Part shown: positions 8,109-16,878 of the stretch, in pieces
Position numbering within the stretch: the first letter of the stretch is position 1
Layout of the letters: every line of letters begins with the position of its first letter
DNA from: an uncultured Victivallales bacterium
GTDB lineage: Bacteria > Verrucomicrobiota > Kiritimatiellia > UBA8416
Direction of reading: 5' to 3'
Length of the DNA: 64,000 nt
Assembly: GCA_964387425.1 (NCBI GenBank)
Contig: CAYLXP010000001.1
Coordinates: 19,452-83,451, forward strand
The notes under the pieces: model-generated
What the model saw: the letters and a program-made list of their open reading frames with translations, nothing else
Databases searched by the model: none
What the model was told of the DNA's origin: nothing
Translations under genes and position numbers: made by a program

Positions 8109-10679
8109 TTATAGATTCAGTTGACCTTCCTCGCGCAGATACTGAATCACGTCATTGATATCCTTCCCGGTCATTTCCACGACCCCGGCTCCCCCGCGGA
8201 TCATCGAACGCATCGTGGAGCCGTGCCCCAACGACATGGTGGCCTGCAGGTAGGAGTCGGTGGCGGCATCGAGGAACCTGGGGTTGAGCAGGCGTGGCGC
8301 AAACCCTTCCTCATTCTTGGCACCGTGGCACTGGGCGCACTGCTGATCATAGAGCAGAGCGCCGCGGGCAGCGGTGCCGAGGGCAAGTTTCGGGGTCTGC
8401 TTCGCGGTGTCTTCCTCGGAACGCAGGTAGCTGACAATGGAGCGGATTTCGTGTTCGGAAAGCTCGGTGAGAGATCCCAATCCATGTGCGAAGGAGCGCA
8501 TCTCGGTGCCAGAGCGACCATTGGCGATGGTGCCCTCAATGAAGCCGTCGCTAACGGTCGAGAGGAACCCGGGCCGTCCCACAGCAGGGCCCGAGCCCCC
8601 TCCCCCGAATTCACCATGGCACTGCGCACAGTTCCTGGCAAAGACCTCGCGTCCCAGAGCCACGTCGCCCTGTGTCACCGCCTTCCCGATGGTGTCGAAC
8701 GGCACACTCTGGAGGGTACGCATGTAGGCGACGATCTCGTCAATTTCGTGTTCGGTGAACGAGGCAAAGCTGCCGGTTCCCTTGAGATTGGAGCGCATCG
8801 CTGTGCCCATGCGCCCGTAGCTGATGGACTCGCGCAGGAACTGATCGTCAACGGCATTGAGGAAATCATGTCCGCCGATGGCAGGCCCGATCAGTCCCCG
8901 TCCCCCTTCCCCATGGCAGGGTGCGCAGGTACGCTCGAAGTTGATCTTGCCCTTGCTTTCGCTGGCCACGGCAACGCCCTTCCGTGAGCGCACTTCGCCG
9001 GCGGGGAAGCTGCGCAGGTAGGCGAGGATACCGCCCAGTTCGCGGGCGGAAAGCTGCGACCATCCGCCCATGGCGGTTCCGTCACGGCCCGCGGTGATGG
9101 TCTCGTGCATAAAGGCGTCAGAGGCAAGGGCGCGGAATTCCGCCGTGTTCAGAGAGGGGCCGATGCCGCCTTCAGCATGCATGCCATGGCACGACCCACA
9201 ACGACTGCGGAAGATGGGGTGCCCGCGCTTTGCCGCATTCGGCTGCTTGGCTTCCGCCTGGACCGCGGCAAGATCGGGCGGCTGGTTACGGTTACGCCCC
9301 AGGTAGGCAACGATGTCCTTACGCTCGTTGTCTCGAAGGTAGTGCCACTTCGGCATGGCAGTACCTTCCCGGCCATCGACAATGGTCTTGGTCAGAAAAG
9401 CGTCCGTGGCGAAGGTCAGGAACTCGGGGCTCGAGAGCGTGGGACCGATCATGTCCATTTCATAGTCGCCCCCAATACCATGGCAGCCTGCGCAGCGACT
9501 CTCGTAACGAACCTTGCCATAGTCGGCACGGCCGACGTAGTCCGGATCGGGTTCCGGGGTCGGCGCGTGCAGGGAGAGAATGTGGCGGCTGACAGCATCG
9601 ATCTGTTCGGCGGAGAGCCCGCCGGACTTGCCCCAGTTGGGCATGATCGAACTGTCGGACTGCGTCACGATGTGCTTCACGAAATCGAGCGTAACAATGG
9701 ACTGAAAACCATTCCCCGAGAGTGAAGGACCTTGCTTTTCGTGTTCACGCAAGGGAGCACCTTCACCGTTCTTGCCGTGGCAGGCGGCACAGAACTCGCG
9801 GTAAATGTGATCGCCGGTAGGCTGAGGCAGATGCTTCTCGAAATCCTGCAGTGCATCTGGAACCTTGCGGGTCTGGAAGCTCTTCATGTAGACCGCGAGC
9901 GCATGCGCCTCGGTGTCACTGAACTGGTTATCCGGCATCACACTCTCGCCGGGCTCGAGGCTTGGGGTCTTCACGGCTTCAAACAGGTAGGCCAGGTTTA
10001 CGTTGTGATCAAACTGCCCGAGCAGGTCTTTGCTGTTCTTGCCGTGGGGCGACTTGAGGTGGAACGAAGCGTCGCCAATGGTGGTTAGATCAGGCCCCAG
10101 GAATCCACCTACACGGTCGATCTTATGGCAGCCAAGACAGCCATTATCGACAAAGAGAGAGCGCCCGAGCTGCAGGGTCGCAAGCTGCGGCAGGCTCTCG
10201 GCGTGGTGGCAGCGCAGACAGTTAGCCTGTGTCAGGTCGCCGTGCAGACGCAAGGCTTCCCAAAACTTGACTTCGTTGGCGTGTGCATCCTTACGGTTGG
10301 TGGCAAGCCCCTGCCCGTCATGACAGATGGTACACCCCACCTCACGGATATCGTGGGTATCCAGGAGTCCGTGGGGATGATAGCGGAGAGGCTGCGGTGC
10401 GTCTGCCATGCGGGGATCTTCCATTCCCACGTGGCACGAAACGCAACGGTCAGTGCGGCCCAGTTCCGGCAGAACGAACTGACGCATCTGGATGGGGTAG
10501 CTTTCCGCCGCGGCCTTCTCGGCCGGGGTTTCTGCCAACTCGATGAGCTTTTCGCGGTAGCGTTTCTGGTGGCGGCGGTACTCCATCATGCGGGTTTCGC
10601 GCATGGCCGCAAACACCAGCAAGACAATGGCCAACGTGCTGGCTCCGAGGATCAATCTCTTGAAGTATCCATTATTCAT
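8109..10679 (-). CDS. membrane-anchored decahaem cytochrome c (N-terminal tetrahaem module + six class-I cytochrome c domains)
   Basis: Ten CxxCH motifs were counted by eye: CVSCH, CTICH, CLRCH, CLGCH, CAACH, CAGCH, CGSCH, CAPCH, CAQCH, CAQCH. The preferred start is ATG 10679 (MNNGYFKRLILGASTLAIVLLVFAAM, a TM anchor), 19 nt after the cyt b stop. The track ORF extends to 10751. Confidence 0.85.
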   Translation of the reverse strand: MNNGYFKRLILGASTLAIVLLVFAAMRETRMMEYRRHQKRYREKLIELAETPAEKAAAESYPIQMRQFVLPELGRTDRCVSCHVGMEDPRMADAPQPLRYHPHGLLDTHDIREVGCTICHDGQGLATNRKDAHANEVKFWEALRLHGDLTQANCLRCHHAESLPQLATLQLGRSLFVDNGCLGCHKIDRVGGFLGPDLTTIGDASFHLKSPHGKNSKDLLGQFDHNVNLAYLFEAVKTPSLEPGESVMPDNQFSDTEAHALAVYMKSFQTRKVPDALQDFEKHLPQPTGDHIYREFCAACHGKNGEGAPLREHEKQGPSLSGNGFQSIVTLDFVKHIVTQSDSSIMPNWGKSGGLSAEQIDAVSRHILSLHAPTPEPDPDYVGRADYGKVRYESRCAGCHGIGGDYEMDMIGPTLSSPEFLTFATDAFLTKTIVDGREGTAMPKWHYLRDNERKDIVAYLGRNRNQPPDLAAVQAEAKQPNAAKRGHPIFRSRCGSCHGMHAEGGIGPSLNTAEFRALASDAFMHETITAGRDGTAMGGWSQLSARELGGILAYLRSFPAGEVRSRKGVAVASESKGKINFERTCAPCHGEGGRGLIGPAIGGHDFLNAVDDQFLRESISYGRMGTAMRSNLKGTGSFASFTEHEIDEIVAYMRTLQSVPFDTIGKAVTQGDVALGREVFARNCAQCHGEFGGGGSGPAVGRPGFLSTVSDGFIEGTIANGRSGTEMRSFAHGLGSLTELSEHEIRSIVSYLRSEEDTAKQTPKLALGTAARGALLYDQQCAQCHGAKNEEGFAPRLLNPRFLDAATDSYLQATMSLGHGSTMRSMIRGGAGVVEMTGKDINDVIQYLREEGQLNL

Positions 10680-10698
10680 GTTGTGCTTCCTAACGGCG

Positions 10699-12258
10699 CT
10701 AGTGTGTCGGCCAGAGTGAGGGCCACCAGAAGAAGTCCCAGTTCGGCCCACGGTGGACCAGGGCGAAATAGGTAAGAATCACGAAACTCACGAGGAAGCA
10801 GGTGAAGAACACGAGGACCGCTCTGCGCGTTGATCGCGTTACCCCCAGGGTTCCGAGGGTGAGGAGTGTCAGGAATGTGGCCAGGACCGTGCCGGGGTTG
10901 ACCGCCGTGATCAAGAGCTGCGGGCAATCCGGCATCCAGTCCCGAATCCATCCGGCATTGATCGTAAACGCCAGTAGGCCGACAACGGCGGCGGCCATAA
11001 TAACGGTCATGATTGTCGCGAGGCGACGCTCTCCGGGTGTTCCGAACCAGCGACCAGTACCGCCTTCACGCCGATCGAGATAAGGCACCAGCATCAGCAT
11101 CAGAACCGTGATGCCGGGCAGCACCATGCCGCCCGTGAATGCGGAGTAGGAGATAATCTCCTGCATCGCCAGGAAGTACCATGGTGCCTTGGCGGGATTC
11201 TCCGGTACCGCCGGATTTGCCAACTCCTTGAGCGGGGCATCGGCAACCAAGGCCAAGGCGAGCATCGCTACCAATAGGATAGCGGCGATGGCTATCTCGG
11301 CGCGCAAGACATGCGGCCAGCTCAGCACGGTGCGCTCGGGGCCGCGGTTGACGGCGGCCGTACGGTCTTTGACCAGGCACATCAGACCGTAAGTCTTGGC
11401 CTCGACGGGCAGGAAAGCCTCCTCGGCCAAGGCATCCGTTGGGGTGCCGGCAAGCTCTTCGTCCCGGATATCCTCCGGGCGCGAAAGGCCGCCATCCTTG
11501 CGGATGCGCCAGAAGTGGGCGGCGAGGAACAACACCATCGTAATGGGCAGGACAATGCAGTGGCCCCAGTAGAAGCGCAGCAATGCAGACTCGCCAACGC
11601 TATTGGAGCCCAGCATGATCAGCTTCTGGAACCCACCGAGATCGGCGTACTTCGTAATACCCATGGCGTCGGTTACCTCGGACGGGCTTCCGGCGATATT
11701 GGCGCCAATCGTGATCGCCCAGTAGGCAAGCTGGTCCCACGGCAGACAGTAGCCGGTAAAGGCCAGGGCGAGAGTCAGGACAAAGAGAATAACGCCAATG
11801 ACCCAGTTGAACTCGCGTGGCTTCTTATAAGAATTCGTATAGAAGACGCGGATCATGTGCAGGAATACGGCCACGACCATGGCGTAGGCGGCCCAGCGAT
11901 GCAGGTTGCGAATAATCCGGCCGCCCGGCACCACGAAGTGGATGTTCTTAACCGACTCATAGGCCCCATCGACTGAAGGTACATAGTGAACCATCAGGAC
12001 GGCGCCTGAGACACATAGCATCAGAAAGAGGATCCCGGCGGCGACGCCCAATCCCATGGTGAAACTGGGACGCAGGCTCCAGCGATGGGTACGCACGCTG
12101 TGAATATGGAGAAAGACGTTACCGAAGACAGACTGCGAGCGGCCACGTGTGGTCTCGATCGGGCTGCGACGGCTTACGCTGCCTGCCACGTTCTTCGGGA
12201 GCTCACGCAGGTTCTTCAGCAGTGCGGCGAACCCGGTTGCCTGGGAGATCTCACTCAT
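10699..12258 (-). CDS. cytochrome b subunit of a Rieske/cytochrome b complex (b6-like N-terminal part fused to subunit-IV-like part)
   Basis: 519 aa polytopic membrane protein. Haem-ligand His pairs lie in helices (NVFLHIHSVRTH, NLHRWAAYAMVVAVFLHMIRVFY, HFWRIRKDGG). The start overlaps the Rieske stop by 4 nt. Confidence 0.85.
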   Translation of the reverse strand: MSEISQATGFAALLKNLRELPKNVAGSVSRRSPIETTRGRSQSVFGNVFLHIHSVRTHRWSLRPSFTMGLGVAAGILFLMLCVSGAVLMVHYVPSVDGAYESVKNIHFVVPGGRIIRNLHRWAAYAMVVAVFLHMIRVFYTNSYKKPREFNWVIGVILFVLTLALAFTGYCLPWDQLAYWAITIGANIAGSPSEVTDAMGITKYADLGGFQKLIMLGSNSVGESALLRFYWGHCIVLPITMVLFLAAHFWRIRKDGGLSRPEDIRDEELAGTPTDALAEEAFLPVEAKTYGLMCLVKDRTAAVNRGPERTVLSWPHVLRAEIAIAAILLVAMLALALVADAPLKELANPAVPENPAKAPWYFLAMQEIISYSAFTGGMVLPGITVLMLMLVPYLDRREGGTGRWFGTPGERRLATIMTVIMAAAVVGLLAFTINAGWIRDWMPDCPQLLITAVNPGTVLATFLTLLTLGTLGVTRSTRRAVLVFFTCFLVSFVILTYFALVHRGPNWDFFWWPSLWPTH

Positions 12259-12734
12259 ACAGCCACCTTTGTCCCCATGGGAACCGTAACGCCCCGATCC
12301 ACCATCAGTTGTCCGCTCGGCAACGTCGAGACCTGGTACCAGTCCAGTGAACGGGGTGCCGGTGCCTTGGTGACTTTGCCCTCGAGCGTGAACTTCGATC
12401 CATGACAGGGGCAGTCGAACCGCTGCTCACCATCGTTATAGGTCACGATGCACCCCAGGTGGGTGCAGACCAGCGAGATGGCATACATGCCTTCACCATC
12501 ACGGAACACCGCCACCTGCTCGTCGTCAAAGACCCTCACAGAGCCCAGCGGGAAATCCTGGGGAGGACCAATCTTGAACTGCGCCGAAGGATCGGGCAGG
12601 ACGCGCGGTTTGAGGCCCACAAAGGACCCGGCGCCGGCAAGCCCGACGGCCCCCAGAAATGCAGGAAGCCAGCCTTTCGCTGTGAGGAACTCGCGCCGAT
12701 TCAAGTTCTCTCTCTTCTTTTCTTCAACTGCCAT
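12255..12734 (-). CDS. Rieske 2Fe-2S subunit (Tat-like leader)
   Basis: Rieske boxes CTHLGCIV and CPCHGSKF are present, with the leader NRREFLTAKGWLPAFLGAVGLAGAGS. The preferred start is ATG 12734 (MAVEEKK) behind a GGAGGGAG Shine-Dalgarno. The track ORF extends to 12833, inside the upstream gene. Confidence 0.85.
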   Translation of the reverse strand: MAVEEKKRENLNRREFLTAKGWLPAFLGAVGLAGAGSFVGLKPRVLPDPSAQFKIGPPQDFPLGSVRVFDDEQVAVFRDGEGMYAISLVCTHLGCIVTYNDGEQRFDCPCHGSKFTLEGKVTKAPAPRSLDWYQVSTLPSGQLMVDRGVTVPMGTKVAV

Positions 12735-12738
12735 GGTT

Positions 12739-14688
12739 TCAACTCCCTCCTCTTCGTGAATGCTCCGGTCGAGGTTGCTCCTTGAAGCAGAACCGTTCCA
12801 TTGTGATTGCGTCTGCCGGGCAGCGTTCGGCACAGAGGCCGCATCGAATACACCGGGATTCGTCTTTGATGATCATGGCGGCGCCATCCTGATCCATGTC
12901 GCCAAGTACATTGGTGATCAACGTCTGGAGCGTTTCGTCCTGTTGGTCCACCTTGTCCAGGGAAACAAGCTTGAGGCAGAGTTCCGGGCAGACGTCAGCG
13001 CATCCGCCACACAGGACACATCGGTCCCCGTTGAAGATCGTGTTGACGCCGCAATCCAGGCAGCGGGACGCTTCACGCAAGGCGTCGTGCGCGTCATAGC
13101 CCTGCTCGACCACCCTTGTCATGTCTTTACGCTGTTCCGGATCAAGCGTGGGCACCTCATGGCGTGAAATCGACTCGTAGCCTTTCTCGCGCTTGTAGTC
13201 TTCGATGTCGAAATGCAGTTCGGTTGTACGGAAGTCGGCTGTCCGCCCGGTGACGTAAGAGAGAACGCCTCGCGCCGCTTTCTTTCCTGACTGCACCGCA
13301 TCAATAATCAGGCGCGGCCCCGTCTGCAGGTCGCCGGCCACAAAAACGCCGTCCGCAGTCGTCATCAGCGATTCCGGATCGTATTTCGGATAGTGACGCG
13401 CATCCAGCGCTACGCCATGGCGCTCCTCCAGGAAGCCAAGATCACAGACCTGCCCAATGGCAATCAGGACCGTGTCACATTCAATAACCTGGGCATCGGT
13501 CTCATCGAAGACAGGACTGAACCTGCCATCTGCATCAAAGAGGCTAGTCACCGCGGCAAAGCGTACGCCGGTGACCCTGCCGTCAGCATCGCGCAGGATC
13601 TCCTGCGGGCCAACGCTGTTGTGTCGGATAATCCCCTCCTCTTCGCCCTCACGGATATCCATAGGGTCGGCCAGCATCTGTTCACGACTCTCCAGGCAGC
13701 AGAGGTGAACTTCGCCGTCAAGGGATTGGCGCGCGGCCACACTGCTCACATCTTCATAGGCCATGTGGACGGCCGTCTGCTCTGGCGCCACCATCTCGAT
13801 GTCCATTGGGCCGGCCGTACGCCAGGCGCTACGGGCGACATCATAGGAAACGCTGCCGCCGCCAATGACCACGATCTTCTTTCCCAGGGTAACGCTACGC
13901 CCCAGCGCCACGTCCCGAAGGAAATCGATTCCCGGCAGGACTCCCGGACCTTCTACGCCCGGAATCGGGAGTCCACGGCTCTTCTTGGCGCCCACCGAGA
14001 GTACAACCGCCGCGTGCTGCTCGCGCAATTCATCCAGCGTAATGTCTTCACCAACGGTTGTGTTGCACCTGATCTCGACACCCATGGCCTCGATGGAGGC
14101 CACCTCGGCTTGAATCAGGTTGCGTGGCAGCCGATATTCAGGAACGCCAACATAGAGCATACCGGCCGCACGGTCCTCCAATTCGTAGATAACGGACTCG
14201 AACCCGAACAGGGCCAGGTCATGGGCACACGCCAAGCCGGCCGGACCGGCACCGACGATGGCGATCGTTGATGTTCGCGCATCCGAATCGGGACCTTTGC
14301 TGTCGACATTCAATACGCTGCGCAGCTCTTCTCTGCCTTCGCACTGGCGCTCTGCCAGGCGGTTCGTCAGATACCTGTGCAACTCCTCAGGTGGCGCGGC
14401 TTCGGCACCGTAACTGGTGGTCACAAAGCGTTTGAGAGCACGAATGGAAATGGGCTCGTCGATCGTGCCCCGGCGGCACGCCATCTCGCAAGGGGCGGCG
14501 CAGACGCGACCACAGATGGAGGCCAGGGGATTGGGGCCGCGCGCGATGAGATAAGCTTCTTCGAAATCCCCGGCCGCAATGGCGCGGACGTATCCCCGGG
14601 CATCGGTGTTAACGGGGCAAGCTGACTGGCAGGGAATATTCTCCTGCCAGTAAGCCAGGTCTGGTATCCGTAGTTTTAGATGCTCCAC
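12739..14688 (-). CDS. GltD/NfnB/SudA-like NAD(P)H-dependent flavo-iron-sulfur oxidoreductase with C-terminal 2x[4Fe-4S] ferredoxin domain
   Basis: 649 aa. The N-terminal Cys clusters are typical of the glutamate-synthase small-subunit family ([27 protein letters not shown]). A dinucleotide fold is present ([18 protein letters not shown]). The C-terminal motifs are [12 protein letters not shown] and [12 protein letters not shown]. There is no signal peptide. Starts at GTG. Confidence 0.8.
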   Translation of the reverse strand: MEHLKLRIPDLAYWQENIPCQSACPVNTDARGYVRAIAAGDFEEAYLIARGPNPLASICGRVCAAPCEMACRRGTIDEPISIRALKRFVTTSYGAEAAPPEELHRYLTNRLAERQCEGREELRSVLNVDSKGPDSDARTSTIAIVGAGPAGLACAHDLALFGFESVIYELEDRAAGMLYVGVPEYRLPRNLIQAEVASIEAMGVEIRCNTTVGEDITLDELREQHAAVVLSVGAKKSRGLPIPGVEGPGVLPGIDFLRDVALGRSVTLGKKIVVIGGGSVSYDVARSAWRTAGPMDIEMVAPEQTAVHMAYEDVSSVAARQSLDGEVHLCCLESREQMLADPMDIREGEEEGIIRHNSVGPQEILRDADGRVTGVRFAAVTSLFDADGRFSPVFDETDAQVIECDTVLIAIGQVCDLGFLEERHGVALDARHYPKYDPESLMTTADGVFVAGDLQTGPRLIIDAVQSGKKAARGVLSYVTGRTADFRTTELHFDIEDYKREKGYESISRHEVPTLDPEQRKDMTRVVEQGYDAHDALREASRCLDCGVNTIFNGDRCVLCGGCADVCPELCLKLVSLDKVDQQDETLQTLITNVLGDMDQDGAAMIIKDESRCIRCGLCAERCPADAITMERFCFKEQPRPEHSRRGGS

Positions 14689-16232
14689 GTCTGTCCTTCG
14701 ACGCCTTCTGGACCAAGGGTCTCCCAGTGCCTGCCGTCAACGGCCAGCAAGGTAGCGGCTTCCTTTGGTCCCGCTTCTCCGGGCTTGTAGCTGTAGATGG
14801 GAATCTTGTGATTGTGCTCGAGCTCTTCGAGAATTGGCGTCACGAATTCCCACGCGTGTTCCACTTCATCGCTTCTCGCGTAGAGGGTGGGATCACCCCG
14901 CATGCAGTCGATTAACAAGCGCTCGTACGCATCGGCAGGCTCCTGGTTAAAGGCATTCGCGTACCCGAAGTCCATGAAGACATTGCTGAGACCGATGCCA
15001 TCTCCCGGAGTCTTGCAGGCGAACTTCAGACAGATTCCCTCATTCGGCTGAATGCGCAGAGTCAGGACATTCGGATTGAGCTGTGAACAGGCGCTTCGCT
15101 GGCCCAGCAAGCAGAGAGGCACCGGCCGGAAATGGATGGCGATTTCAGTCACGCGGGACGGAAGGTGTTTACCGGCCCTGACGTAGAACGGCACACCTTG
15201 CCAGCGCCAGTTATCAATCATGATGCGCATGGCAACATAGGTCGGGGTGCGGGAATCCGGGTCGACGCCCTCTTCCTCCCGGAAGCCTTCATACTGGGAG
15301 ATGATCACGTTCTTACGAACATCCTCTCCCGTAACGGCACGCAAAGATCTCATGACCTTCACCTTCTCGTCACGAATGGGTTCCGCACGGAACGACACCG
15401 GCTGTTCCATCGCACAAAGCGCCAGGACTTCCAACAGGTGATTCTGGATGAAGTCCCGAATGATGCCCGCTTCATCATAGAAACTCCCGCGGCCTTCGAT
15501 ACCGATCGACTCTGCCGCCGTGATCTGCACATGGTCTACGTAATCACGGTTCCAGAGTGGCTCGAAGATGGCGTTTGCAAAACGGAACACGAGGATGTTC
15601 TGGACCGTCTCTTTTCCAAGATAGTGATCGATACGATAGGTTTGACTCTCATCCAGGTACTTTGAGATGTGCTTATTCAGGGCATGCGCAGAGGCTGAAT
15701 CACGGCCGAATGGCTTTTCCACGATGACCCTGGACCAGGCATCATCGTCGGGGTCGAACACCAGCCCTGCCTCGCCAATGCCGGTAATGATGTGCTCGTA
15801 GACGCTGGGTGGTGTCGATAGATAGAACAGACGGTTGCGCACGCCGCCCATATCGGCACAGGTTTCTTCCAACATCTCCGCGAGGCGCTGGTAGGCCTCG
15901 GGGTCGTCGTAGTTCCCCTGGCAGTAGTCAATGCGAGGTGCCAGGTCCATCCAGATCAGGTCATCGACCTGCTCCTTCTGCGAGAACTCCTTGATGCTGG
16001 ACAGAAGCAGGTCCCGAAACTCCTGCCCATCCTTCTTGCTGCGGGCGAATCCGAGGATTCGGAATTTCTCGGGGAGAAGCTGATCCTTGGCGAGGTCATA
16101 CAGCGCCGGCACGAGCTTACGTCGGGTCAGATCTCCCGAGGCACCAAACACGACCATTGTGCAGGGATCGGCTCTCTGTACGTCTGCGGTACCGTGGTCT
16201 TTGCAGACCGTCGTCGGTTCAATATGGATCAT
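14676..16232 (-). CDS. zwf: glucose-6-phosphate 1-dehydrogenase
   Basis: 518 aa with the NADP-binding motif [11 protein letters not shown] and the active-site signature RIDHYLGKE. An AAGGAG Shine-Dalgarno lies upstream. The 3' end overlaps the GltD-like gene by 13 nt. Confidence 0.95.
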   Translation of the reverse strand: MIHIEPTTVCKDHGTADVQRADPCTMVVFGASGDLTRRKLVPALYDLAKDQLLPEKFRILGFARSKKDGQEFRDLLLSSIKEFSQKEQVDDLIWMDLAPRIDYCQGNYDDPEAYQRLAEMLEETCADMGGVRNRLFYLSTPPSVYEHIITGIGEAGLVFDPDDDAWSRVIVEKPFGRDSASAHALNKHISKYLDESQTYRIDHYLGKETVQNILVFRFANAIFEPLWNRDYVDHVQITAAESIGIEGRGSFYDEAGIIRDFIQNHLLEVLALCAMEQPVSFRAEPIRDEKVKVMRSLRAVTGEDVRKNVIISQYEGFREEEGVDPDSRTPTYVAMRIMIDNWRWQGVPFYVRAGKHLPSRVTEIAIHFRPVPLCLLGQRSACSQLNPNVLTLRIQPNEGICLKFACKTPGDGIGLSNVFMDFGYANAFNQEPADAYERLLIDCMRGDPTLYARSDEVEHAWEFVTPILEELEHNHKIPIYSYKPGEAGPKEAATLLAVDGRHWETLGPEGVEGQTWSI

Positions 16233-16301
16233 CCCAACGCTCCTTGTTCGGCTGCCCCTGGATACCTTGCAGCCATCCCCGCTTCACGCCTTCACGTATG
16301 C

Positions 16302-16316
16302 TACCACTGAGTGGTA
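16302..16316. promoter_or_regulatory. perfect 7-1-7 palindrome TACCACTgAGTGGTA, candidate operator upstream of the zwf operon
   Basis: Read directly from the sequence, 70 nt upstream of the zwf ATG. It is too short-looped to form an RNA hairpin terminator. The cognate regulator is unknown. Confidence 0.4.
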
Positions 16317-16430
16317 CCCCTCGGGCCAAAAAAAATCTCTCTCCCGTGTTCCATTCGCTTGTAATCCTCACCCACGCGGTGAGCCAATGGCCGAACGGGC
16401 TCGAGATGATTTGCCTTTCCGGTGAATAGA

Positions 16431-16443
16431 GACTAAATTAGTC
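16431..16443. promoter_or_regulatory. perfect palindrome GACTAAaTTAGTC, candidate Rrf2-family operator overlapping a -10-like TAAATT
   Basis: Lies 31 nt upstream of the rrf2 ATG. It fits the GACT-N5-AGTC core of the IscR type-1 site as I remember it. A possible -35 TTGCCT (16411-16416) lies 17 nt upstream of TAAATT. Confidence 0.45.
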
Positions 16444-16473
16444 CCTGTTGGAAAGCAAGGAGGAAAGTTGGGT

Positions 16474-16878
16474 ATGGATATTATCCGTAGAGAGGCAGAT
16501 TACGCATTCCGCTGCCTGGTCAGGCTATCGGAGCTTGATGAGGGCGCCGTGGAGAGTGTAAGGCAGATTGCTACCGCAGAATCGCTCCCGGAACCCATGC
16601 TTCGCAAGATCTTCCAGCGGCTGGGCAGGAGCGGGATAGTGGCTTCCACCAAGGGGAGTCGTGGGGGCGTTCGGCTCGCTCGCGACCCCCACCAAATCAC
16701 GTTGCTTGATGTTCTCGATTCGATCCAGGGCCAGGTCACGTTGAATCGCTGTGTACGTCCCGGCGGATGCTGCGAGAACATGGGGCACTGTCGTTTGCAT
16801 AAACGTATAAAGCAGGCTCAAGACAAGATCGATAACATCTTGAATGAAACCACCCTACAGGATTTCCTGACCGCGTAA
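16474..16878 (+). CDS. Rrf2-family transcriptional regulator with putative Fe-S-ligand cysteines (IscR/NsrR-like)
   Basis: The N-terminal wHTH region (ADYAFRCLVRLSE ... MLRKIFQRLGRSGIVASTKGSRGGVRLA) is typical of Rrf2. A Cys cluster CVRPGGCCENMGHCRLH is present. ATG 16474 lies behind an AAGGAGGA Shine-Dalgarno; the track ORF starts at TTG 16468. Confidence 0.85.
   Translation: MDIIRREADYAFRCLVRLSELDEGAVESVRQIATAESLPEPMLRKIFQRLGRSGIVASTKGSRGGVRLARDPHQITLLDVLDSIQGQVTLNRCVRPGGCCENMGHCRLHKRIKQAQDKIDNILNETTLQDFLTA

Noticed and set aside
10680-10751. N-terminal extensions offered by the ORF track for several genes: decahaem cytochrome c to 10751, Rieske to 12833, rplU from 36464, azoR from 39650, GT4 from 32868 and 33809, PilP-like from 46777, galE to 60545, DUF1080 lipoprotein to 23588.
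   Set aside because: The extensions overlap upstream genes or lack Shine-Dalgarno sequences. Internal ATGs are preceded by good Shine-Dalgarno sequences and begin with the expected signal peptides or conserved N-termini.
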